A DNA stretch of 64,000 nucleotides, from IMG/VR virus record IMGVR_UViG_3300019889_000008, positions 9,827-73,826 of that record; one strand, written 5' to 3'. Below the pieces are notes generated by a model. It was not told where the DNA came from. It did not search any database and was given only the letters and a program-made list of their open reading frames with translations. A program made the position numbers and the translations under genes. The stretch comes from a virus. Within the stretch, counting starts at the first letter, position 1. Every line of letters starts with the position of its first letter. Positions 49,225 to 59,087 of the stretch are shown piece after piece.

Positions 49225-49539
49225 ATGCGGGTCGAGGTCACCAGCGTCCGCCAGGGGCTCGAAGCCCAAGGCTTCCGGCTCCGCTCCTACAACCCCGGCG
49301 AGCACCACTCCGTCTGCCCACGGTGCAGCCCCCAGAGGACGAAGAAAAATGCCCGATGCGTTTCCGTCCGGATCGAGCCCGATGGGGCCGCATGGCAATG
49401 CCACCACTGCGGATGGCGAGACGGCTTCCGGCTACACGGCGATCAGCCGGGCCGCCGAGAAGTGGTTCCACAAGCGGGGCATCCATCACGGCGCCCTTCG
49501 GGTTGGCGGCGTGTATTCGGAGGTTCGGGGCGGCTCTGA
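49225..49539 (+). CDS. Primase zinc-binding domain (separate reading frame)
   Basis: CPRCS..CVSV..WQCHHCGW. Confidence 0.75.
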   Translation: MRVEVTSVRQGLEAQGFRLRSYNPGEHHSVCPRCSPQRTKKNARCVSVRIEPDGAAWQCHHCGWRDGFRLHGDQPGRREVVPQAGHPSRRPSGWRRVFGGSGRL

Positions 49540-51901
49540 GGCGATCGTCTTCCCCTACCGGCGTCGCGGCACGATCGTGAACCGGAAATATCGAGCCGAG
49601 GGCAAGCGGCTCTGGATGGATACCGGCGGCGAGTTGATCCTGTGGAACCTGGACTGCCTGCTGTCGAACCCGGATCACGTCTACATCGTCGAGGGCGAGC
49701 CGGACGCCCTGGCCTTCATGGAGGCCGGGATCTGGAACGTGGTCTCGGTCCCGAACGGCGCGGCTCCGCCGGTTGAAGATGGCGACCGGGGGGTGCCCGA
49801 GCCCGACCGGGACGATGCCTTCCGCTACCTGTGGAACTGCCGGGACGAGTTGGCCGGCAAGCGCTTCGTCCTGGCCGGCGACACGGATGCGCCTGGCGTG
49901 CATCTCCGCCATTCGCTCGTGGCCCGGCTCGGCCGCGCCAACTGCGACGTCGTCGATTGGCCCGAGGGGGTCAAGGACGGCAATGACTACCTGATCGAGG
50001 TCGGGCCCGAAGCCTTCGCCGAGTACGTGCGGGCCAGCCGCAAGCCGTATCCCATCCGGGGCCTGTGGGCATGGAACGAGGTCCAGCCGACCCCGCCGAT
50101 GGAGACCCTCGACATCGGCATCCCGCTGCTGCGCCAGCACGTCCGGCTGGCCCGCGGAACCGTCTCGGTCGTCACCGGCATCCCGAACCACGGGAAGGCA
50201 TTGGACATCGACACGCCGATCCCGACGCCATCGGGCTGGACCACCATGGGCGCGTTGCAACCCGGCGATCAGGTGTTCGACGAGAAGGGGAAGCCGTGCC
50301 GGGTCGTCGCCGCAACGCCGGTCATGCACGACCGACCGTGCCACCGGATGCGGTTCTCGGGCGGCGCCGAGATCGTGGCCGATGCCGCTCACGAATGGGC
50401 GACCGTATCTGAGGCGGCTCGGCGCCGCGCCAGGACCACCAGCACCAATGCTCGGCTGTCGATCTCCACGACCGCGGAGATCGCGGCGTCGCTGAAATCG
50501 CAAGGCAAGAACAACCACCAGATCCCGCTCTGCCGGCCGCTGGAACTCCCGGAGGCGGCGTTGCCGATCGAGCCCTATGTCCTCGGCGTCTGGCTCGGCA
50601 ATGGCACCACCGCATCGTCCGGCCTCACGCAGTTCGACCTAGCCGTGATCACGGGCATCCGCGAGGCCGGCTACGGCGTGAACGAGCGAGCCCGCGCCGG
50701 GAGCTTCTGGATCGTCGGCCTCAACCCGCTGCTGCGTGCCCTGGGCCTGCTCGGCGACAAGCACATCCCGGCGATCTATCTCCGGGCCTCGGCTCCGCAG
50801 CGGCTGGCTCTGCTGCAAGGTCTGATGGACACGGACGGTTACTGCCATCCGGAGAACGGATGCGAGTTCACGTCCGTCAAGCGCGCGCTCGCCGAGGGCG
50901 CCTATGAACTGGCACTGTCGCTCGGTATCCGGGCTCGCTGGAGCGAGGGCAGAGCAACGATCGACGGCCGGGATTGCGGCCCGAAATATCGGGTGCTGTT
51001 CTCAACCGACGTCCCGGTGTTCCGCCTGGAGCGGAAACTCGCACGCCAGAAGATCGGTCGGCACACGAAGGTCGGCGCCTGGACGGTCACCGCCTGCGAC
51101 CCCGTCGACAGCGTGCCGGTGCGATGCATCCAGGTTGACTCGCCGTCCAGCCTGTTCCTCGCCGGGCGGCAGATGATCCCGACGCACAACTCCGCCCTGT
51201 GGAAGCAGATCGCCTGCCAGATGATCAAACTCCACGGCTGGAACGTCACCGCCGCCAGTTTCGAGGACCGGGTCTACGCGAACCTCATGCCCGAGCTGCT
51301 CCGGATCATGAGCGGCCTCGGGCCCTCCCTGGAGCCCTGGGTCGTGGCGGCGCGGGCCGAGGCGGCCCTGGTGCTGGCCAAGCACATGTCCTTCATCGCC
51401 GACGAGGGCTATGTCGACGAGCCCATGACCCTGAAGTGGCTGGTCGACATCGCACGGGATGCGAAGATCCGGTACGGCACCGCCTTCTTGATCTTCGACC
51501 CGTGGAACGAGATCGAGCACCTGTGGGGTCGCGATCAGAACGAGACGCAGTACATCGGCGAGGCGCTCCGGGATCTGAGGCGGCTCGCCGTCGAACTGGA
51601 CATGCACATCATGATCGTCGCGCACCCGACCAAGGTGCTCGATGGTCAGGCGCCAGGGCTCTACCACATTTCCGGATCGGCCCATTGGGCAAACAAGGTC
51701 GACATCGGCCTTGTCGTGCATCAGCCGCACTTCGCCCAAGGCCCAGGCGGCCCGACCGAGATCTACGTCCGCAAGATCAAGCGCGCCGAACTCGGTCAGC
51801 GCGGGATCGTGACCGTCCAGTTCAACCCGGCCACCGCCTCGTTCGAGGCCCCAGCCGGCCGCCCCTTTGATGATCCCGACGTGGAAAGGACCGCAGCATG
51901 A
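49349..51901 (+). CDS. TOPRIM primase-SF4 helicase (T7 gp4/Twinkle-like) containing an intein
   Basis: IVEGEPDAL, SVPNGA, DTDAPG, KDGND, TGIPNHGK|S, IFDPWN, VAHPTK, ISGSAHW; start codon uncertain. Confidence 0.9.
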   Translation: MPDAFPSGSSPMGPHGNATTADGETASGYTAISRAAEKWFHKRGIHHGALRVGGVYSEVRGGSEAIVFPYRRRGTIVNRKYRAEGKRLWMDTGGELILWNLDCLLSNPDHVYIVEGEPDALAFMEAGIWNVVSVPNGAAPPVEDGDRGVPEPDRDDAFRYLWNCRDELAGKRFVLAGDTDAPGVHLRHSLVARLGRANCDVVDWPEGVKDGNDYLIEVGPEAFAEYVRASRKPYPIRGLWAWNEVQPTPPMETLDIGIPLLRQHVRLARGTVSVVTGIPNHGKALDIDTPIPTPSGWTTMGALQPGDQVFDEKGKPCRVVAATPVMHDRPCHRMRFSGGAEIVADAAHEWATVSEAARRRARTTSTNARLSISTTAEIAASLKSQGKNNHQIPLCRPLELPEAALPIEPYVLGVWLGNGTTASSGLTQFDLAVITGIREAGYGVNERARAGSFWIVGLNPLLRALGLLGDKHIPAIYLRASAPQRLALLQGLMDTDGYCHPENGCEFTSVKRALAEGAYELALSLGIRARWSEGRATIDGRDCGPKYRVLFSTDVPVFRLERKLARQKIGRHTKVGAWTVTACDPVDSVPVRCIQVDSPSSLFLAGRQMIPTHNSALWKQIACQMIKLHGWNVTAASFEDRVYANLMPELLRIMSGLGPSLEPWVVAARAEAALVLAKHMSFIADEGYVDEPMTLKWLVDIARDAKIRYGTAFLIFDPWNEIEHLWGRDQNETQYIGEALRDLRRLAVELDMHIMIVAHPTKVLDGQAPGLYHISGSAHWANKVDIGLVVHQPHFAQGPGGPTEIYVRKIKRAELGQRGIVTVQFNPATASFEAPAGRPFDDPDVERTAA
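50198..51190 (+). mobile_element. Ala-starting (class 3-type) intein with LAGLIDADG-like endonuclease in the helicase P-loop
   Basis: GK|ALDIDTPIPTPSGW..HEW..LQGLMDTDG..VRCIQV..IPTHN|S. Confidence 0.92.
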
Positions 51902-52188
51902 GCGATGCAATGAACGAGGGCCTGCCCGTGGCCGGCTACCGGCCGCAGACCGACGAGGCCGTCGCTCTCGTCAACGAGAACAAGGAACTGGAGGAGCGCG
52001 TCCTTCGCCAGATGGATGCGATCCGCGCGCTCGTCAACGAGGGCGAGCCGGACCTGATCGACTTGCGGTGGTTCGCCATCGCCAGGACGCAGATCGAGCA
52101 GGGCTTCATGGCGCTCAACCGGTCGATCTTCAAACCCGGCCGGGTCCGCCTAGCCGACGACGATGCGCCGCCGAAGGCAGGGCCGTGA
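51898..52188 (+). CDS. Acb2/Tad1-like cyclic-nucleotide sponge (anti-CBASS)
   Basis: GYRPQ..VNENKELE..RWFAIARTQIEQGFMALNRSIFKP. Confidence 0.7.
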   Translation: MSDAMNEGLPVAGYRPQTDEAVALVNENKELEERVLRQMDAIRALVNEGEPDLIDLRWFAIARTQIEQGFMALNRSIFKPGRVRLADDDAPPKAGP

Positions 52189-52387
52189 TGGGATGGTTCC
52201 TCAATTGGTTTTGGGGGCCTGAGCCCGAGTTCAAGCCGGGCGAGGCCCTGCCGTTCCTCCGCTGGCGCGGCGACCGTCTCGTCCGGCCGCGGGTCCCGCC
52301 GCCGATCCAGTACATCATCCAGGGCCCCCGGCTCCCGTGGGTCAACGAGCACAAAATGCCGGGCCGCCGTCCGGAGGATCTCCGCTG

Positions 52388-53479
52388 ATGCTCCGCCTGC
52401 TCGATCTCTTCGCCGGCATCGGCGGCATGAGCCTGGGCCTCCAGCGATCGGGCCATTTCCGCCCGGTGGCGTTCTGCGAGATCGATCCGTTCTGCCAGCA
52501 CGTCCTCCGCAAGCATTGGCCCGAGGTTCCGATCTATGGCGACGTCCGAACCCTCAACCGAGCCCGCCTCGCCGCCGATGGAATTGCCGTTGACGCCATC
52601 TGCGGCGGCTTCCCCTGCCAGGACATCTCGGCCGCGGGGCGAGGCGCGGGGCTTCATGGCTCCCGTTCCGTTCTCTGGCGTGAGTTCGCTCGACTGCTTG
52701 GCGATCTACGACCCCGATACGCGATCGTGGAAAACGTCGATGCTCTCGCTTTTCGGGGTCTCGGAATCGTTCTTGGAGACTTGGCCGCGCTCGGGTTCGA
52801 TGCGGTCTGGCATTGCATACCGGCTGCCGCCGTTGGTGCCCGACACCTGCGCGAGCGGGTCTGGATTGTGGCCTACACCGATCGCTCGGGATTGGAAGAG
52901 CAGTTCTACCGCCACGCGCCAGAACTCGCGGCCGCTGTCGGAACACATACCTGGGGCTCTGAACCCCCTGTGGGTCGAATGGCTTATGGGATTTCCCCTT
53001 TACTGGTCGGAGGTGGCGTAGATGAAGCGGCCGTGGCGCATCCGGAAGGCGGCGCAGCGCGCCGTCTCGCTGGCCGGAAAGCAATGCAGCGAGTGCAACG
53101 GGACGCACCGGCTCCAGAGACATCATCCGGATTATTCGAAGCCGAGCGAGATCGTCATCCTCTGCCAGCGGTGCCACGTCGCGGCCGACATAGCAGCAGG
53201 CTTCCGGAAGGTGAAGCAGCCGAAGCTCTGCAAGGTGTGCGGAACCGAGTTCCTGCCGAACCACAGCCGGAAGCACAGCACGTGCAGCCGGGAGTGCCTC
53301 TCGGAGATCGGCCGCCAGAATTCGTTGAAGCGGTGGCGCCGGGTGGCCGAAAACCAAAGGCCCGCAAGCGCAAGCTGATGAAGAACCGCGTCAACCGCGT
53401 TCGCGCGCTCGGCAATTCCGCGGTCCCACAAATCCCGGAAATCATTGGCCGTCTGATCGGCAACCTGGAGGCAGCGTGA
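52388..53479 (+). CDS. C5-cytosine DNA methyltransferase, alpha chain
   Basis: LDLFAGIGG, GGFPCQD, ENV, RERVW; motif X RVRALGNSAVPQ. Confidence 0.9.
   Translation: MLRLLDLFAGIGGMSLGLQRSGHFRPVAFCEIDPFCQHVLRKHWPEVPIYGDVRTLNRARLAADGIAVDAICGGFPCQDISAAGRGAGLHGSRSVLWREFARLLGDLRPRYAIVENVDALAFRGLGIVLGDLAALGFDAVWHCIPAAAVGARHLRERVWIVAYTDRSGLEEQFYRHAPELAAAVGTHTWGSEPPVGRMAYGISPLLVGGGVDEAAVAHPEGGAARRLAGRKAMQRVQRDAPAPETSSGLFEAERDRHPLPAVPRRGRHSSRLPEGEAAEALQGVRNRVPAEPQPEAQHVQPGVPLGDRPPEFVEAVAPGGRKPKARKRKLMKNRVNRVRALGNSAVPQIPEIIGRLIGNLEAA
52536..53021 (+). CDS. MTase beta chain overprinted in an alternative frame
   Basis: TWPRSGSMRSG, LWPTP.ARDWK, LNPLWVEWLMGFP (motif IX-like). Confidence 0.75.
   Translation: MATSEPSTEPASPPMELPLTPSAAASPARTSRPRGEARGFMAPVPFSGVSSLDCLAIYDPDTRSWKTSMLSLFGVSESFLETWPRSGSMRSGIAYRLPPLVPDTCASGSGLWPTPIARDWKSSSTATRQNSRPLSEHIPGALNPLWVEWLMGFPLYWSEVA
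53022..53378 (+). CDS. HNH/zinc-finger protein nested inside the MTase alpha gene
   Basis: CSEC..HHPDYSKP..LCQRCH..CKVCG..CSREC; GGAGGT RBS. Confidence 0.75.
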   Translation: MKRPWRIRKAAQRAVSLAGKQCSECNGTHRLQRHHPDYSKPSEIVILCQRCHVAADIAAGFRKVKQPKLCKVCGTEFLPNHSRKHSTCSRECLSEIGRQNSLKRWRRVAENQRPASAS

Positions 53480-54156
53480 TCCACTATCACGGGACGCCGA
53501 TCTCCCCGGTGATCGAACGGCAGAAGATGGCCGGCAAGCACTTCTGCGTCTCGTTCGAGCGGCCGGACGATGCCGAATGGTGCCTCGCCAACGGGCAGTC
53601 GGTGCTGTGGGACAATGGGGCCTATAGCGCCTTCCGCCACGGCAAGCCGCTGGACACCGGCAAGCTTTACGCATGGCTTGAGCGGCGTCTGGCGCAGCCC
53701 CATTGGGCCATCATCCCAGACCGGATCGGCGGCGACACCGACGAGCAGCGGGCCATGGTTTCGGCCTGGCCGTTCCCGAGGACCCTCGGAGCGCCGGTCT
53801 GGCACATGGCGCTGGCGATCGACTATTTGCTCGAACTGGCCGACGAGTGGCCGAGGATCTGCTTCGGCAGTTCCGCTCGATACTGGCAGATCGGCAGCCC
53901 GATTTGGGAGCGCCGCTGCGACGAGGCGTTCAACGCCCTGGCCAAGCGGCATCCGCGGTTGCCGTGGGTCCACATGCTGCGCGGCCTCGCCCTGGCCGGC
54001 GACCGGTGGCCCTTCGCCTCGGTCGACAGCGCCAACGTCGGGCGAAACTTCAAGACCCTCAACACGTGTCCCGAGCGCATGGCCCGCCGGCTCGACGCCA
54101 TCCAGTGCCCGATCATCTGGACCCCGCGGATGGTGCAGCAGGATCTCGTCGCATGA
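53476..54156 (+). CDS. TGT-fold DpdA-like 7-deazaguanine transglycosylase candidate
   Basis: DNGAYS, PDRIGG, PVWH, GSS, HMLRG and SVDS in TGT-barrel order. Confidence 0.6.
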   Translation: MIHYHGTPISPVIERQKMAGKHFCVSFERPDDAEWCLANGQSVLWDNGAYSAFRHGKPLDTGKLYAWLERRLAQPHWAIIPDRIGGDTDEQRAMVSAWPFPRTLGAPVWHMALAIDYLLELADEWPRICFGSSARYWQIGSPIWERRCDEAFNALAKRHPRLPWVHMLRGLALAGDRWPFASVDSANVGRNFKTLNTCPERMARRLDAIQCPIIWTPRMVQQDLVA

Positions 54157-54662
54157 TGCTCCTGGCCCTCTACGTCCTCACGGTCCCGGCCGCCAATTGG
54201 CTGATCGGCAACGTCGGTCGCTGCGTGCCGGATGGCCCGTGCCTGATCCCGGTCGGGCTGGGCCTGGAGGCACCGAGCGGCGTGCTCATGGTCGGCCTGG
54301 CGCTCGTCCTCCGGGACGCCATTCAGCGCCGATACGGCGTCGCCCGCTCGCTCGCCGCGGTCCTGGTGGGATGCCTTGCCTCCCTGCTGCTGGCGCCGCA
54401 CGAACTGGTCATCGCCTCGGGCGCCGCCTTCCTGTTCTCCGAGTTGGCCGACCTTGCCGTCTACACGCCGCTCCAGCGGCGCCGGCTCGTCCTGGCCGTG
54501 CTCGCCTCCGGTGTCGTCGGCGCCGCCGTAGACAGCGCGCTCTTCCTCTGGATCGCGTTCGGGTCGTTGGACTTCTTCGCCGGGCAGATGCTCGGGAAGG
54601 TCTACATGACCGTCGCCGCGATCCCTCTCGTGCTCCTGACCAGAAAGAGGGCTCTCGCATGA
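54153..54662 (+). CDS. VUT/YhhQ-family preQ0/preQ1 transporter
   Basis: AANW..LVLRDAIQ..ASGAAFLFSELADLAVY..VDSALFLWIAFG..GK. Confidence 0.85.
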   Translation: MMLLALYVLTVPAANWLIGNVGRCVPDGPCLIPVGLGLEAPSGVLMVGLALVLRDAIQRRYGVARSLAAVLVGCLASLLLAPHELVIASGAAFLFSELADLAVYTPLQRRRLVLAVLASGVVGAAVDSALFLWIAFGSLDFFAGQMLGKVYMTVAAIPLVLLTRKRALA

Positions 54663-57600
54663 CATCGTTGATCAAGGACGTGGTCGCCCATATCCGCCGC
54701 CAGGCCGAGGCCGACCTCGCATCGCATCCCCACTCCGCCCCGGTTGACCGGGACTATCTGGCCATCGTTCTCGCCGCGGCCGATCTGTCGACCGAGATCG
54801 AGGGCCTGACCATGGGGCAGGCATACCAGATCGTCGGGCACCTCCTGGCGGCGCATGGCGACCCGTCCCACTGGCCCAGCGAGGCCGAGGAGGAGCGGGT
54901 CCTGAACTACCTGTCGGCCGGGGACTATCAGGACTCGTTCCTGCCGTGGCCCAGCGAGGCCAAGGAGGCATCATGATCAGCACCCACAAGGACCGGACCT
55001 ACGGCACCAAGCGCGTCCAGATCGGCGACCGCTGGCGCACCGACTTCCTGCTGCACTGCTCGGGCTGCGGCGGCGAGGACACGATCCACATGGACCCGAA
55101 CTGCAAGCCTGACCTGATCGTCCAGAAGTTCGAGCGGATGGGCTGGAAGGTCGACGAGCGCAACCCGACCCGCAACCTGTGCCCCATCTGCTCCAACCCC
55201 AAGGCCAAGCCCCCGAAGGAGGACGTCATGGCCGAACTTCCCAAGGGCCCGTCCCACGAACAGCGCAAGCGCATCGCGGCGCACCTCCGCGGGATCTTCG
55301 ACGAGGCGCGGGGCTGCTACTTCGACGGCCACACCGATCAGACGGTCGGCCAGGAGTTGCAGATGCCTTGGGCCTGGGTTCGCGAATGCCGCGAGGTGCT
55401 GGGGTTCGACATCAAGATCGATCCGGAGATCGAGGCGCTGCGCAGCGAGTTCGCCACCCTGGCCGACATGCTCGTCGCCGCCGAGGCCAAGCTGGCAGCG
55501 CTCGAAAAGAAGCGGCTCGCGTCATGACCGCGAGCCCAGAGCAGGAGGCCCGCATCCGAGCCATCGGTGCCGCGGCAATCGAGATCATCGAAGCCATGAG
55601 ACTGATCGGCCAGGCCCATGGCCTGTCGACGTCGGAAGGGCTGACCGCGATCCGCATTGCGGCTGCGTCGATGGAAGGGGCCGCCGAAGCCGTCGAGGCG
55701 ATCATGCGTTCGGCCATGGGAGGGAATGATGGCGCCCATTGATGTTGAAGCGGCGGTTGCCGAGCTGGAGGCGGCGACGGACACGATCGCCGGCGTGATC
55801 TTCAGGGTCGTCGAGGAGGCGGACATGAACCCGGCCCGCGCGATCTATGCCACCGCCTGTTGCCTGCTGGCCATGGTCGAGGCGCTGCCGGCCGAACTCC
55901 GGGAGCAGGCGATGAGCGACGTCGTGGCGCTCCTACAAGGCGGCCTGGCCGAGTTGGCACAGGACGTCCCGGAGGAGGCCGTGACCGCATGACCACGCCG
56001 CAGATCATCATGACGGTCCTGCTGACCCTCCGCTTCGTCGGCCCGCTCGCCCGAAGCTTCGGGGCCGAGTTCCCGATCCGGAAACCGACCGCGCCCTGGG
56101 CTGACTTGGTCGCGCAGGGTCTGGCCGTTGCCACCTTCGCGGGCCTGCTGGCCTGGGGCGGCTTCTGGAGGGACGCATGAGCCCGCCGGCCACGCTGACC
56201 CGCAAAGGCGTCAAAAGTGTGCCCCAGGGTCTCCCCTACGGGCTGCATTTCGCCTACAACGGAGCCTTCATCAAGATCGACCCGGAGGTTCTGGCGAGTT
56301 GCCTCTGGAGCGATGGCCGGTGCTGGACGGCCGACATCGATTGGGCCCAGCGGATCACGGAACGGCTCGCCGCAAAAATCACCGGAAAGGCATAAGCCAA
56401 TGAGAGATCTCCGACTGCTCGACGCCCACCGTGTTCAGATCAATGGCCTGTCGGCCGGCGACGACCGGGAGGGCGCATTCCAGATCCCGTCGCCGATCGA
56501 CCGTGGCACGCTGCGCATCATCGCCTCGGCCGACCTGGGATGGGATCACGTGTCGGTCAGCCGGCAGAACCGCCCGCCAAACTGGACCGAGATGTCGTTC
56601 GTGAAGCGGCTCTTCTTCAAGGAGGGGGAGACCGCGATGCAACTGCACGTGCCGGTCGAGGACCACGTCAACTGCCACCCAAACTGCCTCCATCTTTGGA
56701 GGCCCCATGACCAGGAGATCCCCAGGCCGCCGTCGATCATGGTCGGGGCGCCGAACGGGACGGTCGGTGATGGGGTGGCGGACGACACCGCTGCCGTCCT
56801 GGCCGCGCTCGACGCCGCCGGGGCCTTGGTCCAGAGGAAGGCGAGAGGGTGACCATGATGGCGACGGCACGCACCGATCCCGCCAGCATTGCCGAGGCGC
56901 TGCACGATCTGCAAACGCATGCCCGCGCTTGGCGCTCGCTGCTCAACGAGGCGGCCGACAAGGCGATCCGTCGTCCGCCGGACATCGACGACCGGTTGTA
57001 TTGGGAACACGAGATCGAGGTCTTCGACCGGGTGGTCAGCACACTCGCCGGGCTCGGCGTCCACTTCGATGATCCGATGGAGATGCCGTGATGGCGGACA
57101 ACCTGAGCGATGCGGAGGCCGTCGTCGAGGCGCTAATGGCTCTGCAAAAGCATCGCCGCACGTGGCGTTTGGCGCTCGTTGCCGCCATGGAGCGGGAACT
57201 GGCGTCGCCCGAGAACTGGGATGACCGGTCCTATTGGCCGGCGGAGATCGCGGCCTTCGATCAGGTGCTCGATGCCCTGTCCAATTTCCAGGTCGTGGTC
57301 CTTCCCGGCCCGAACACGGGGGTGAAATGATGGACCCCAGGTTCGCCGATGAGGGGCTCATGGCATGGCTCGGCGTCGATAATCCCGAAGCCGAGCAGCG
57401 GGTGCTCGATGCCATGGCGCCAGCTTGCCGGGCCGTCTCCTCGTCGCTTCGGAAGTCGGGACTCGATGACCGCCAGGCCGCCTTTATGGTGGTGATGATC
57501 ACGGGCGCTGTCCTGGCTGCCCAGCCCAGCCCCAAAGACCGCGACAGGCTGATGGTCGAGGCCATCCTGGCCCTGGACCGGGTCCGCGACGGATGGGCCC

Positions 57601-57870
57601 AGGCGCGGCCCAGGCGCGGCCCCCGGCCGCCGGTGCAATGACATGGAAATCGCCGTCACCGAACTGGACGCCGAGGGCGTCGAGATCATGGGCTCGGTCC
57701 ATGCCCTTGTCGGCTTCGCCGATGCCAGGAGGGTCAAGGAGAGCCGGAAGCTCCGGGTGACCGGATTCGTCTTCACCAGCGAGGACGGCACCCGCGTGTC
57801 GATCCAGATGGAGGCCGACGAGATGCGCGAACTGCGCCGGCTCATGGATATGGCCATAGAGGGGACGTGA
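54659..57870 (+). other. Cluster of small hypothetical genes (incl. 54973-55527, 56400-56852, paralogues 56849-57091 and 57088-57330)
   Basis: Coupled ORFs; 56400 has the conserved GWDHVSVS..PNWTEM..HPNCLHLW motif. Confidence 0.55.
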
Positions 57871-58262
57871 TCATGATCAAGCTCATCACTCTCACGCTTG
57901 TGACCTTCGGGCTGGCGGCAGGGTTGGCAGCCTGCAACGATGCCGACGTGGCCTCCTCCAATCTGTCCAAGGCTGCTGACAATTTCGAGATCAATCGCCG
58001 CGTCATCTTCTACAACGGCATCACGGACAGTTACATGTTGACGATCGAGGGCCGCTGTTCCCTCGGAAACAAAGACGGGCCAAAGCAATTGACCGTCACC
58101 TGTAAGACCGGGGCCAACTCCTTCAAGAAGCATTTCCTCGGCCTCTCAGACAACGTGACTTATTTCGTCGAGCAGATCGACGGCGCGGACGTGAGCACTT
58201 ACCACTACCGGGTCATCTTCAAGCCGGCCACGATCATCCCCGATGTGGATTTCAGAAATTAG
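57867..58262 (+). CDS. Conserved phage lipoprotein
   Basis: Lipobox LAAC; ADNFEINRRVIFYNGITD..KKHFLGLSDNVTYFVEQ. Confidence 0.75.
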   Translation: MIMIKLITLTLVTFGLAAGLAACNDADVASSNLSKAADNFEINRRVIFYNGITDSYMLTIEGRCSLGNKDGPKQLTVTCKTGANSFKKHFLGLSDNVTYFVEQIDGADVSTYHYRVIFKPATIIPDVDFRN

Positions 58263-58538
58263 GAGCCCGGCGATGGCTGATCCCGACGTGATCTACCTGG
58301 AGCCCGATCCGGGGCCCTCCGATGACCGGACGTGGTGCGTCAATGACGTCTGGCCCGAGGAGTATGGCCAAGGCCCGAGCGGGATCAAATACGTCCGCGC
58401 CGATCTCCACGAGGCGGCGCTGAAAGCGGCCCGCGCCGAGGCCGCCGCCGCCTGCACCGCATGGCTTCTGCAACGCTGTGGGAAGCGCGTTGACGTCGCG
58501 ATGTCGGTCGGGATGCAGATGGTGGTGCTGGACGGATC

Positions 58539-59087
58539 ATGAGCGGGACCAAGACCAAGGCCAGGACGCAGCCGCTGCTCGAAACATCCGAGCGGGCCCA
58601 GCACGCCGCTGCGATCATCGACCGAAGCATCGGGACGGCCATCGGCGCCCCGCGTGGCCGGCTCATTCAGAACCCGCTTGACCGGCTGTTCGTCCGCAAC
58701 ACGATCACGCAGCGGATGTATTCCGCCGGGGCCAAGCTGAAGGAGGATTTCGAGATCGGGCTTCTCGGCGCCCGTGACACGGAGGGCAACTTCCATCTCG
58801 GGATCAAGGGCCAGTCGAATCACGCATGGGTTCCGGACGTCCGACTGGACGCCATCACCCGGTTCAAGGGCGCCATGAAAGCGCTGGGGGCGCCGCTGGG
58901 CACCGTCCTGGTGGCCTTCTGCTGCTACGACCGGGACGTGGTCAAGATTGCCGCACAGCAGGGCCGCAACCGGGACAAGGTGATGGGCATCGTCGAGATC
59001 GGGCTCGAAACCCTGGCCGATCACTACGGCATGCTCGGCAACGACCGGCAACGCAAGATGCAGGGCTATAGAGTCGAGGAGGATTGA
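58539..59087 (+). CDS. Putative late-gene activator/antiterminator (DUF6456-like)
   Basis: PLDRL..ITQRMYSAG..GLETLADHYG; last gene of replication operon. Confidence 0.55.
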   Translation: MSGTKTKARTQPLLETSERAQHAAAIIDRSIGTAIGAPRGRLIQNPLDRLFVRNTITQRMYSAGAKLKEDFEIGLLGARDTEGNFHLGIKGQSNHAWVPDVRLDAITRFKGAMKALGAPLGTVLVAFCCYDRDVVKIAAQQGRNRDKVMGIVEIGLETLADHYGMLGNDRQRKMQGYRVEED

